From assembly GCA_040954595.2 (NCBI GenBank), contig CM082585.2, positions 6,597,808 through 6,661,807 on the forward strand: a stretch of 64,000 bases of DNA. The letters are read 5' to 3'. The position numbers and the translations under genes are program-made. The stretch comes from Balanoglossus misakiensis (taxonomy: Eukaryota; Animalia; Hemichordata). This document shows, piece after piece, positions 11,846 through 23,778 of the stretch. The notes beneath the pieces are model-generated. The model saw only the letters and a program-made list of their open reading frames with translations. It was not told the DNA's origin and did no database searches. The number at the start of each line of letters is the position of its first letter. Positions within the stretch are counted from its first letter, which is position 1.

Positions 11846-12563
11846 TGTGATGTCATATGCAAAAACCCCTAAATGTCTGTTAATTTATATGCACCTCTGA
11901 GATAAAACTTTGTCAGAAGTATTTTCTGGACGTTTCTGCAGCCCCACTTTTTTTCTCGCTACATGTAGGCCTGCATACACAGGTGCACAGTGAATATTTG
12001 CACGTCAGTCATAATACTCTGGCTTTCAGAAGTATGTGATAAACACAGATTCAGCCTTTCAGAACTACACGATAAATCAATACATTCTTCTGTTGTTCAG
12101 TACCGATACATGGGGTCAAATCGACTTGATAGGTTTGCAAGCAGGCGTCCTTGGGGGGCATGTGGTCTTATCATACCAGTTGGTTAATCATTGGACATTT
12201 TATAGCAGGATATCCTGTGATGTCATATGCAAAAACCCCTAAATATTTGTTAATTTATATGCACCTCTGAGATAAAACTTTGTCAGAAGTATTTTCTGGA
12301 CGTTTCTGCAGCCCCGCTTTTTTTCTCGCTACATGTAGACCTGCATACACAGGTGCACAGTGAATATTTACTTGTCAGTCATAAAACTCCGGCTTTCAAA
12401 AGTATGTGATAAACACAGATTCAGTCTTTCAGAACTACACGATAAATCAATACATTCTTCTGTTGTTCTGTACCGATATTTCTAGACGTTCCTCCAGCCC
12501 CGCTTTTTTTCTTGCTACATCATACATGTAGGCCTGCATACACAGGTGCACAGTGAATATTTG
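11846..12563. repeat. Local tandem duplications in intron 1 of NLR copy 1
   Basis: TGTGATGTCATATGCAAAAACCCC occurs at ~11846 and ~12216. GCCTGCATACACAGGTGCACAGTGAATATTT (or a near match) occurs three times here, versus once in the other units. Confidence 0.75.
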
Positions 12564-13411
12564 CAGTATTGTTATTTTGCGGGTCAGCGTGTCAAAGTGC
12601 AGGCCAATTTGCGGGTCGCCCCCAAAACGATAGAAATGTGACTTCTGTGTATGTGCAATTGTTTCTTGGGATAAAATGAACCCAAAATATATCCCCATTT
12701 CCTTTTAGACCATAATAACTTTCGTGGAAAATACATCTTTGTCAATAATTACAGTGGAATCGACCGGTGACCGAGGATGTGTAGTACGTGGCACTGCCAC
12801 CAGTGACGTCTTGCTTTCCCGCCATGCAGTCAAGATGTCCGACATGGGTGATCTTATTCCTTAGTATCGTTGTTCATATGCAAAGTATAATGATCTGTAT
12901 TGTAGAAGATTGTCGTGAGTGCATCTATGACTCAAGCTGCGTGTCACCCACTCAACCTAACCCCATGTAATATGGTTCTACGCGTACATACGTACAGTAC
13001 GTGCACTGCATATGTACACATATATATAGCTTTATAGTCCTAGCCGTATTTAGTCCGCTTTGCTTCCCAAACTACATGTGGTATTTATTATTATTACTCT
13101 CCAGGCTGCCACATTGTCACAGAAGTGTTGCACCAGTGAATGTATAGTGGCAAAGCGGAAATCGATAATGAATTTGGTTATCATAGTAGTAATCTACATG
13201 TTTTTTTCCGCTAAGCTACCATCCATTTTTAAAATATACTGTTTCCCTACAAAGCCTTCTTGGTTTTTCCACATTTTGTTGACATATGAAGAGGATTTGA
13301 TTTTCATAATGTGTTATCCCTCGAGCTTTGTGAAATTCGAGGACTTAAAATTGGCCCGCATTGACCTGCCGTGGCCCGCAACCCGCATGACCCACACTAT
13401 AGTTACACTCG
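12564..13411. mobile_element. hAT-like non-autonomous element (~850 bp)
   Basis: Absent from units 2 and 3. Flanked by duplicated (G)AATATTTG (8-9 bp), starts CAGT, and has subterminal GCGGG/CCCGC motifs in inverted orientation. Confidence 0.6.
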
Positions 13412-15135
13412 AATATTTGCACGTCAGTCATAATACTCCGGCTTTCAGAAGTATGTGATAAACACAGATTCAGCCTTTCAGAACTACACGATAAATCAAT
13501 ACATTCTTCTGTTGTACTGTACCGATACATGGGGTCACATCGACTTGATAGGTTTGCAAGCAGGCGTCCTCGGGGGGCGTGGTCTTATCATACCAGTTGG
13601 TTAATCATTGGACATTTAGTGTACCAGATATACATATTCAATGATTAACCAACTCCTCCACCTACAGTAGAGAAGCCATCTTTTGCTAACCAGGAACTTT
13701 TAATTTTACACCCTCTAGACAACAAAATAACTTTAATATGAGTTCATAGTGTACAGTGTTCTAATAAAGTGATCTGGCTTTAAACTTACCTTTACAGTTG
13801 GTTGATGAAGCTCTCTCACTGCTGTTTGTCTCGCTTCAATGGCAGAACAAGATGGCAGATTAGTAATAGCTTCAAAATGGCGTTGTCAAAAAAACCAACC
13901 AACAAAAAACTTGTACTATATGAAGACCATAGAAGGTTGGTATAGGGACTTGGACGTATCAGTGGTAGTGTATACCTATCTGACGACGATGCCTCACTGG
14001 TGTTGGAATTTTGGCTGTCAATGGCAGATTAAATGTGGAACCCAGTCACGACGTTTTGCACATAGATCTACGGTACACAGGAATGATTTATAGAGTAGAC
14101 TTTTATTTGCATTTTGCCATTCAAACATCTCAAGTCCCATGTCCACATCTCATGATAATGATAAGCTTAGTTTTATTTGCCTTACAACTTTGTGAATATA
14201 TTTCTGAAAATACAGCATAAGCAAATTCATTAAAGCCCCAAATATCTGCCATTTTTTGCATTATAAAACAATACGTTGGCTAACAAAGCTTTAACAGTTC
14301 TGTACACCGCAAGCAAGATGGTTGGTGGGTTTCCTTTTCATACACAACAGTTTTACAACGATCTGTGTCTTTTATACTTCCCAAATGAATATTCTACCTA
14401 TCAGAATTGATATAATTTAACAGCACGCTACAGCCATCAAATGATGTAGTTGGGAAAACTGCATATTTCTTTATAAAGCATTTAATTAAAGAAAACAATG
14501 TCATTCTGAATAATTATTTTCTGTATTTTAGTGCTTACTGCATACCATAATATTATTGTAGATGATTTGGAAATGTAACTCTTTGCAATGGGGTCGGAGG
14601 CGTATAATTGCAATAAATAGACACTTAGACACATAAAATGGTATTACCAATCAAAAGTATGATTTATTGAAACTTGACTCTCCTGAATACAATAAAACAG
14701 TACTTGGATACAATCTTGGAAAACAACTTTTGTCTTAAATATCTATCTTCAAGAAAGGTGTCCTTCTTAGAGCAGTGTCTGCAAAGGCACTATAATAAGA
14801 TACACAGTATACTTTCCCATCACAATCTACGAATTTCAAAGACCATCGCATGAATTAATTGCGATTTGTGAAGGTACGGTGAATTAAATGACCCATGATT
14901 TGGAAATGGTATTACAGTCGAACCTGTCTATAGTGGCCACTGGAGGGACATTCCTAAACTGTCCTTTATAGACAGGTGGCCTTTATATACAGGTCAATGA
15001 ATGCACATGTATATTGCACAGGGACGGTAACAAAGTGGCCACTATATACTGGTTTGATTGTATTTCATGAATAATCTTCAGTAATTGATTGTTCACTCAC
15101 AATAGGAAATGTTTGTTTGCATTTATATTTTACAG

Positions 15136-15716
15136 AACCCGTGTTGTCTGGGCTTGATGGCAAAATGATTCAGTTTGATGGGGATTACACGTTGCAGTCC
15201 TTTAAAACTATACCTAAGCTGACTGATTTATCAGTGTGCTTTTGGTTTCAAATCACCGAAAACAGTGGGGGCTGGTTCACCTTTGAGACACAGGACAAAT
15301 ACGTACTGGCATTTTGGCGCGACACTGAGCTGATGGTGCAGTCGGGCAATTGGAATGGCGAATCGCTCTCTGTCGACGACGGCCAATGGCATCACGTGTG
15401 TGTCACGTGGAAGTCCGACGGCGGGCTGTGGCAGGTCTTCAAAGATGGCGCCCTAGCTACCAGCGGTGCTGGTCTCGGCGACAAATTCGAATTAGCCGCA
15501 GGAGGAAAGTTTATCCTTGGAGCATCGAGACAGTACAAGGTCAAAGGCAACATGGCGCTGTTTAATGCATGGGACCGGGTGCTCAGCAGTGATGAAGTCA
15601 GTGATGTGAAGTCTTCCTGTGATGGTGACTACGAGGGGAATATGTTGTCATGGAAACAGGGTTTAGCACCACCGGAGAGTAAATACACGGCCGATTTTAG
15701 CCACTGTACCGGCTAG
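15136..15716 (+). CDS. Pentraxin-domain exon, copy 2
   Basis: Same acceptor and WHHVCVTWKS signature as copy 1; ORF intact. Confidence 0.85.
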
Positions 15717-16667
15717 CTAATCAACGTCGATTATAGTAAACAATATCATGTGTTTGGAATGTATGCATGCACATATCCAAGATATACATGATTAAAATCG
15801 TCTTAAATATTGCATGATTATAATATTGCATGACTTGATTAAAAATATTAGTTGTTTGTTGGATTATATGTGAAGTAACTTGAAACTTTGTTGCTCTCTC
15901 GATATCGCGAAAATTTTAACTCGCGAAAATAAAGCGTTTTTACATACAGACATATTCACAAAATGCAGACTGCAGATGTATAGGCTCACAGATTCCCTCT
16001 ATAAATGTACACAGAACAAAATGGGATTCTTAAAAATAATAATCTTTATTTCATCATATTATATGCCATTATCTCATTAAGTATTGTTGAAATCAAGCAA
16101 ATAAAATACAACTGTGACAAATTGTAAAAGAAGGAATTCATTCTAGTTTTAATAAAAACACTACATGTATGCTTATAATTACCATAGTGAGAGTACATAG
16201 TATTTCTCTTGATGTATTGTCTATAATTTACAAATCTTGGAAAATGACTTGACATATCCATTGAGTAACAAATAAGAAACACAGTGTATAATACATCATA
16301 AAACAATTGGGCTTTGTGATATTGCACCTGTAGACGGTTGGGTTAAACCTTCATAAACAACAACAGCAACAATTGGGTACTTATCCAAGACAAAAATATA
16401 TATTTACAATAGTCACAGATCAGAATACAATTAAGTCAGTTGTACAATGAAAACTTTAAGAGCAATGACTTGTCAATGTCTTTGTTTTTTATTCTACATG
16501 ACAAGATATTTAAAAGCTAAAACTACCACATTTTCAATCTTTCAGACCCCCTTCAGAATGTATGGTCCAACCCTAATAATATTCTGCAAAGAAATGTGCC
16601 CTGGTTACTCATACCATTCATTTGTCTTTCTCATAAAGTAACGGCTGCTGGAATTTACTGTGGCTGT

Positions 16668-19600
16668 TTAACTTTCATTATGCTTCAAAAAGTTAATGGC
16701 TATTCTTAATGTAGAGACTGGAACAGACATTAGGTGTCCATTTGTATCGGCAAATATATTGGCCAGAGTGATACACTCTTCAATGAACACATAGTTTGAT
16801 TTCACCAGAGTTGACATCTCAGACATAATCATGTCATTTATTCCAGAACCAATCTTTGATAAAAGTACTATCGTAAAGGAATGAAGGCTGATAGTCTTAG
16901 CCTTCTCAAGGAGAGTGCTGACATATGACTGGATTCCATCACACATTGATGACTCAGTAATAATGAGCTTTAGCGTGAAATGTTTCATGCTTCTAGAACA
17001 TTGCTGGTTTGGTATCAAACAGGTCCAATCAAAAGCTTTCCATTCATGCAAGGCTAAAGTTAAGTATTCTACATGTCTGACTTGCCTTGTGAGAGTCAAT
17101 GCATTTACCAGGTTGAAAGTATAAAACACATCAGTTTCAAATTCTGTCACACTGCTACACATATTCAATGCCTCCACGAGATTCTCAGTGTCATCAGCTT
17201 TGTCGCTGAAATCACACCCCAGGATGCAAATAGAATTTAACACTGGACTGGAAGATTTCAAAGCAGATAGCAACCATGTTGGAAAGCCTTCAGTATAATA
17301 TTGCAACATGAATTTTCTTGTTTGTTTACAGTTCTGGATAAACCGACTTAGTGACTCAGTTTGTGCATCATTCATACCAATGTCGAATACTAGAGACACA
17401 CACTCTGGACTCTTTTCTATAAGTTTGTCAAATGGTAATGGAACTTCATGGCATTGATGCTCTACACCCCACTGAAAATTCTGCAAATGTTTGTTTGAAC
17501 TAACATTTTGGAATAAATGAGTGACAGCCTGGGCACATGTTTCTGTGTTCACCAGTTCACCCCTATCTAATGAAAACATTCCATCCAAGGTATTCAAATG
17601 CCATCCTCTGTTCAATGCATTTGCTATTTGCTGAATTGATTCTAAGGTATCACAAGGCAATGTCACTGATGTTAAACTAATGCAATGTTCAGTTATTTCC
17701 TTAATTACCTGTGTGAAGAAATGTGATCTGTACAAATTATGTAAATATAAATGTTTGATGCCTTGAACACTGTCATTGTTCTGGGCCATGCTATTCAATA
17801 GACTTGTTACCTGCCCAACCGTTTTCTGGCTATAAAGTGTACATGCACAATACAGGCTACTCTCTATGGCATTCCTTGCATCATGATTGAACATATAATT
17901 ATACCAACCACTATGAAAATCATAATTATATTCATCATCATCTAGTATCAAATGATTTGGCATAAATGGTGCTAGGTATTCAATTTTGATATTGACTTCC
18001 AATAAACACTTGCAAATGATTGTAAATTCATCTGTGATGTCAAAGTCATCCTGACTACTATACTTACTTTGCATCTTCTCAATCAGAACTTTCATAAAAG
18101 GTTCTGCTTTCTGTTTTAAGATGCCAGCAACAAAAACGCAAACCTGTTTTTCTCTTATAATTCTGTCAAGGGCAGACTCTGATCCAACACTACCAAAAAT
18201 GTTGCTGATATGCAATGCAGTGAAATATTCAAGCCAGGTTTTATGGTAGAAAAAGCAACCAGTCTGCAACTTGATTCTCGAAATTCCAGTATCTCTCACT
18301 AGTAAGCCTAGTGACAGAATTGTTGGGCTTACAAACTTTTCATCTATCATCATAGACCCTTGGGAACACACATCATATGCAACACTAGCTAATGCAGCCA
18401 CTTCATCATTTAAATCAGTCAGTTCCCTGTTATTCTTGCAACAGAATCTCATCAAAATACAGTCCAAAATTTCAGAATAAATGTCCGTCAAATTATTCTT
18501 GGGGATGGTTTTCTTCTCTTCCCAAAGCAGACAAACAAATGCTAGATGTAATGGATTACATAGCAGATCTCGCTTGATGTAGTCTACATCATCATCATCA
18601 TCATCATCATGATACCATGGCTTACTGCCAGACTCTTTAACACTATCAAGGTTTAACTCTGAAACAAGGCTGTCTGCTTGGTTTACTCTCTGACTACTAA
18701 AATACTTGTGTATATACGCAATTGCATCTGTTGTTGAAAATCCATCAATTCTGAAGTGTGCATGACAAACTTTGAGAGCTTCATCACATTCATGAGGTCG
18801 TGTTGTTGTGACAACTGTACACCATGACAACATTTTCTCTGAGATAATGGGAAGTATGTCTGATTTCTCTCTGGATGATGATGTAATTTCATCTAACCCA
18901 TCAAATATACACAGTACATGTACTAAATTTTGGTTGTGTTCAATGTAACCATAAAGATCTTCTTTCTTGATTTTGGCATCAGTAGGAAGCAACTGATGGA
19001 AGATGATGTCATCTAATCTCTTCTTGTCAGAAACGTGTCTCATTTCTAAGAGAAACAAGAGTTTGAATTGAGGTAGTTTGCCCTGTGCCCAATCATATGC
19101 TAGCTTCCTACAAAATGTTGACTTTCCCATTGCCGGAGCCCCTTCAATCCTGATTCGACTGCAAATTAACTGCGGATCTGTCTGTTTAAAAATGTCATGC
19201 TCACTTGTGAGGACACTCCCTTCTTCAAAAAGTTGTCTTCTGTCAGTTTTGATAACTCTCAGTTTCGTGTAGACTTCAGTGAGACTTAGAGATACACTTT
19301 CGTTCCATGGAATTGGTCTGAAATCGTTGAAGTGTCTTGTATACTTTTGTTGTAAATATTCTATCAACCAATGTATGCTTTCTGAAACAATAATTGTGAA
19401 TAAAAAAGAAGCATTAAAGCGATGAATGACACCACAGTACTCACACTTCATGCAAGATCGATTGATGAGGGATTACAAAAATAATGTGTTCAAGTCAGCA
19501 TTTTGAGTATCAATGCAGTAATGCAGTGAACATACTAGAATGAACAGTACTCTTGCACGCTGCGATTGCAACTGAGGTCGGAGGTTGCACAACACTGGAA

Positions 19601-22600
19601 CACGACTGAATCATTCAATCAATGGCAATACCGCCGTATAAAACCTCTAAAATCTCAGATATATTGTATTTTGGTTACCTGATACACTTATTGACTGACT
19701 TGGAGTAATCAGTTCAACCAGATCATATCTCCCAATTCTATGAAGTAAGTCTGTCAGCAAACCTGTTTTGTCTTCCCCAATGACATTTCTGTGAAGTAAC
19801 TTCTCAAACAACTTTGTAGCAAGTTGAATTCCTTCAATTTCTCTCTTTGGTATTCCCGTTGATTCCATGTTTCTGCACAGGAATTTCATGGATTCAAGTT
19901 CATCTGTAATGGTAATTACACAACACAAAATTGTTAAGAATTAATCTGTGAGTTTTTTGTCCCAGAAACTGTAGAAATCTTAATAACCAACCAACTGGTA
20001 CATAATACACACCTTTCGTTTTCTTTTATAGGGTGACATTTTTATGTGTAGCCCTATAATTTTACACCATTTTATAATTCCTTATAGTAAATTTTCAATC
20101 ACCCATTACCTGACCAAACATGCAAGTGAACATGGCCTTCATATAAGGACTTCATTCACACCCTTATTTACATGAGCCTATAGCTGCTTGCATGCATGCA
20201 GGGTATTAAACACCACTCTTAGCAGTTTGCCTAGTATATTGAGACTTTAATTGGTGTATGGTAGGTACATATGCATGTAACACCACCATCATAACAATAG
20301 TTTACAGTCTGTTACAATTAATACAATCCACTTACCCTGTCCTATTTCATCTGCTATTCTGAGAAGTAATCCAATAAAATGATCTTTACTTCTTTTAGTG
20401 TAACTTTCAGTGGCTTGTATCTCCTCTGTCCCTGTAAAATTTAAATTTGGAGAAACATTTAAATGTTTGAAAAGATTAACCTTTTTAAGTCAATGCACGT
20501 CATAGTCAGAGCTGTATAAGTGTTTAAAGTGTAAACAAATATTGGCTACTTTTAAGCTTTAACCATACCAGCCACACCCCTGAATTATAAGTTGTCATTT
20601 TTTAAATACCTGTGCGTGCCTCCTGTATATTTGGTATCTGTATTTCATGAGCCCATTCGGAGAGTTGATGCTTAAACCATTTTGTATATTCATGGTTATA
20701 TTTCTCATGACCTAACACTGCATCATAGTGTCCTGTACTGAGCCAACTGATGTAGATATCACGTGTAGGACTATCACCATGTCCTGGACTGTGTAAATGA
20801 AACCTTGGTTCTCCTCCACTGTTCTCACCACCAACCAATTCATGTATATTAATGCGCAGACTGTGGCTTAAAGCAACAATTTCTGTTGACCCAGCCCACA
20901 CACCATCCATGGCAGCTCTTTGCAGGAAATTCTGTGGATCTCCTTTAATTGCATGCTGGAACTGAGGTAAGTTTTGGTTGAGGTATCTCACAGCCTCTTG
21001 TCTGAGAATGCCATGTTTAGACTGATCGCCGTACAAGGATTCTGCAATGGCACGATACAGGCAGTTTCCGTCTGGAATAATGTCGTATCTGTACAAACCA
21101 TGTCTTTGTAAGAATGCATCTTGTACTTCCTGTTCCAGTACAGTTTTGTTACCTTTAAGTTTCTCACACAGGGTTTTGATGAATTCTCTAGATGCCGGCA
21201 ATACATCCAGAATCTCTGTAAAATATACATAAGAGACAGCCACCTGTAATCTTAGTTATTGACAAAGCATAATTTGCGCATCAGTTAAGTCGGGAACATG
21301 AGCAGTATATAAGTCCTTCCAAAGTCATTATTTGAAAATATTTTCATAAAATATTTTTTACAGTATATCTCAGGAAATCTTGGTGGCCATATGAAACTTT
21401 CACGTGTTTCTTAATAGGACAAACTGGAGACTTTCATAAAAGAAAACTGAAAACTCACATGTTCGAAAGAGCATACAGTGCGGTTTAACCATGAGCGTCA
21501 TTGGGCAAAATTTCTTTTTGGATTTTGGCGCTATATAAACTTTGTTGTTGTTGTTGTTGTTGACAAACTGAATTTTTCAAACCAATGTCAAGGGTCAGTG
21601 CCACACTCTATCATCACCATGCATTATCATGAGACATTAAGGCCAAAAAAATAGTTTGTTTCTCATCCTAGGAATCTTGCAAAAATGATGCGGTGACACG
21701 GTTTTTTTTCGTCATGCATTATCTTGAGAAATAAAAGAACTTGCTTCTATGATAAATGTTGCCCATAGACGAGTAGGAGCTTAAAAATACACATCAGAAC
21801 TATGTGCGTACAAAACTACACAACCTAATCCTACACAAACTGTAGTTCTGGCTACAAAACATTGGACCAAGTCACCTGTTGTGGAGTTGTATAAGTACAC
21901 TAACATAAACCTTCATCTCTGATATCAGTAACTTAAATATTTACCTGGTGTATTCCCCTTTGTCACAGTTGTTGGTATTTTGTCTGGAGTAGCAATGTGC
22001 TCATACTTTCTTTTTTTAGGTGGACGTTGTGATTGTAGCTGTGACGTAGATTGCCTCACTGACGCTTCAGTTTGTTCAAATGAATAGGTGGCGGAAGACC
22101 GGTCCATTTGTTGGGGTTGCTGCACTGGTGGCAGTTGTGGAAAAGGTTGTTGGAATGGCAATGGTTGTTGTTGGAAGGTCTGTATTGGCATTGGTGATCC
22201 TGGATAGCCTTGATGTTCACGTGTGTGAGCTATAATTGTTTGTGGCACTGTATGTGGGTGTTGCTGGGGCATGTGAGCCTGTTGACTGGTATGCTGTATT
22301 ACCCTCACATGATATTTCCCTGGCTGATGTAACTGTTGTGTCGCTGAAGGTGCGACTTGTTGCTGCCTTGACTGTGTTATTAGAGGATGTATCCCACAAT
22401 CTTTTGGCAGCCTGCCTGAAAAGTGGCCTTGTTGTTCAGGAGAGGATTGATGTAGCCCATGCATTGTGTGGGTGCCTGAAGATTGGTGTTGCTGTTGCAC
22501 AAATGAGGGTTGTTGACCATCAGTTACTCTAGATAGCCCTGACTGATGTAACTGTTGTGGTATTGAAAATGGGACCTGCAGATGCTGTGCCTGTGACGCT

Positions 22601-23778
22601 GTCTGAGGTATCCCATGTTGCATTGCCTGGCTGTCTGAAAACTGTGGGCCCCCAGTTACTGACATATCTGGCTGCCACAGGTAATTGTGCTGCAATGATT
22701 CAGTTGTCAGATCTTGGGGGTTGCTACTTTCTTCCTAAAAATTAATACATGTATTTACAAATTGTGAAACAAACCGAATACTCTGCTCGTTTTCTCATGG
22801 TGTAGATACAGAAATACACACTAACATGATGATCGAATATCTGCAGTCTCTGTTCTGCCTGTATCTGGAAACTTTTCTAAATATGCACTTAGGCTGCATT
22901 CACAAACATCTCTGGAGGGGGGGGGGCAGGAGAATTGAGGGGGGGGATTTGAAAAAATTGAGGGTATGTAAGGGGGGGATTTGAAATAATTTAGGGACTG
23001 AAAGGGGGGGGACTTGAAAACTTTAACGACTAAATATTTATTTTGAGTCCACAAAAATGCAGTTTCGCGCCCTTTATTTTACAAAATTTTCTAATGTGGG
23101 AGGGGGACACCCCCTCCCACACCCACCCCTCCATTCATCAATACCTTTCAATCATTGACTGGTTTATCTAGTGTCCCAGGTCAGGGGACTTGCCCCACCC
23201 CATGATAACTTTGAGCGGCGACGGTTACATTTGTCCTCCCCAACATACCGGTAGTTGAGTTAATTTGCTTTTGCCGGGTTCATTAAAATGCAGCTTTGAG
23301 CTCTGTATTTTAGAAAATTTTCTTACGTGGGAGGGGGACACCCCCTCCCAAACCCACCCCCTTCAATTCTCGGTTTACAATGTCTCCCAACACAGAATAC
23401 AAATATGTGTACTTAAAAAATAAAAACAATGTTCAGTTTTAATACCCACTGATGAGGGGAAACATCAGTTTCAAATTCTTTTCATGGGAGCGCTGTTTTT
23501 CTTTTTACAAGATAGATAGGTGATGTGTTTTGCTCTGTGAAAGAAAATGGGGGGGGGGGGATTTCAAAATTTTGGCAGTTCGGAAAGGGGGGATTTGAAA
23601 ATATTGGCAGTTCGGAAGGGGGGCATGTGAAAATTAGCGGTAAAAAAAATTGAATTCTCCCGCCCCCCCCTCCAGAGGTGTTTGTGAATGCAGCCTTAAT
23701 ACATCGTACCTTACATCTAATTAAATACATCTAAAATTGCCTAAAACAAAATGCTAATACCTGTGAATACTGTTCCAT
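16668..23778 (-). CDS. NLR copy 2: Q-rich linker-OTU(OTUD1-like)-DED-NACHT-LRR-like, ~1482 aa
   Basis: In-frame exons 23778-23761, 22734-21945, 21215-20610 (OTU), 20431-20336 + 19903-19679 (DED) and 19381-16668. All NACHT motifs are intact. Confidence 0.85.
20610..21215 (-). CDS. OTU deubiquitinase exon (OTUD1-like) of NLR copy 2
   Basis: IIPDGNCLYRA, DGVWAG and WLSTGHYDAV motifs; 606-nt phase 1-1 exon. Confidence 0.88.
22892..23695. mobile_element. PIF/Harbinger-like MITE, same family as 10553-11358
   Basis: TTA|GGCTGCATTCACAAACA ... TGTTTGTGAATGCAGCC|TTA; internal sequence nearly identical to the copy-1 element. Confidence 0.85.
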
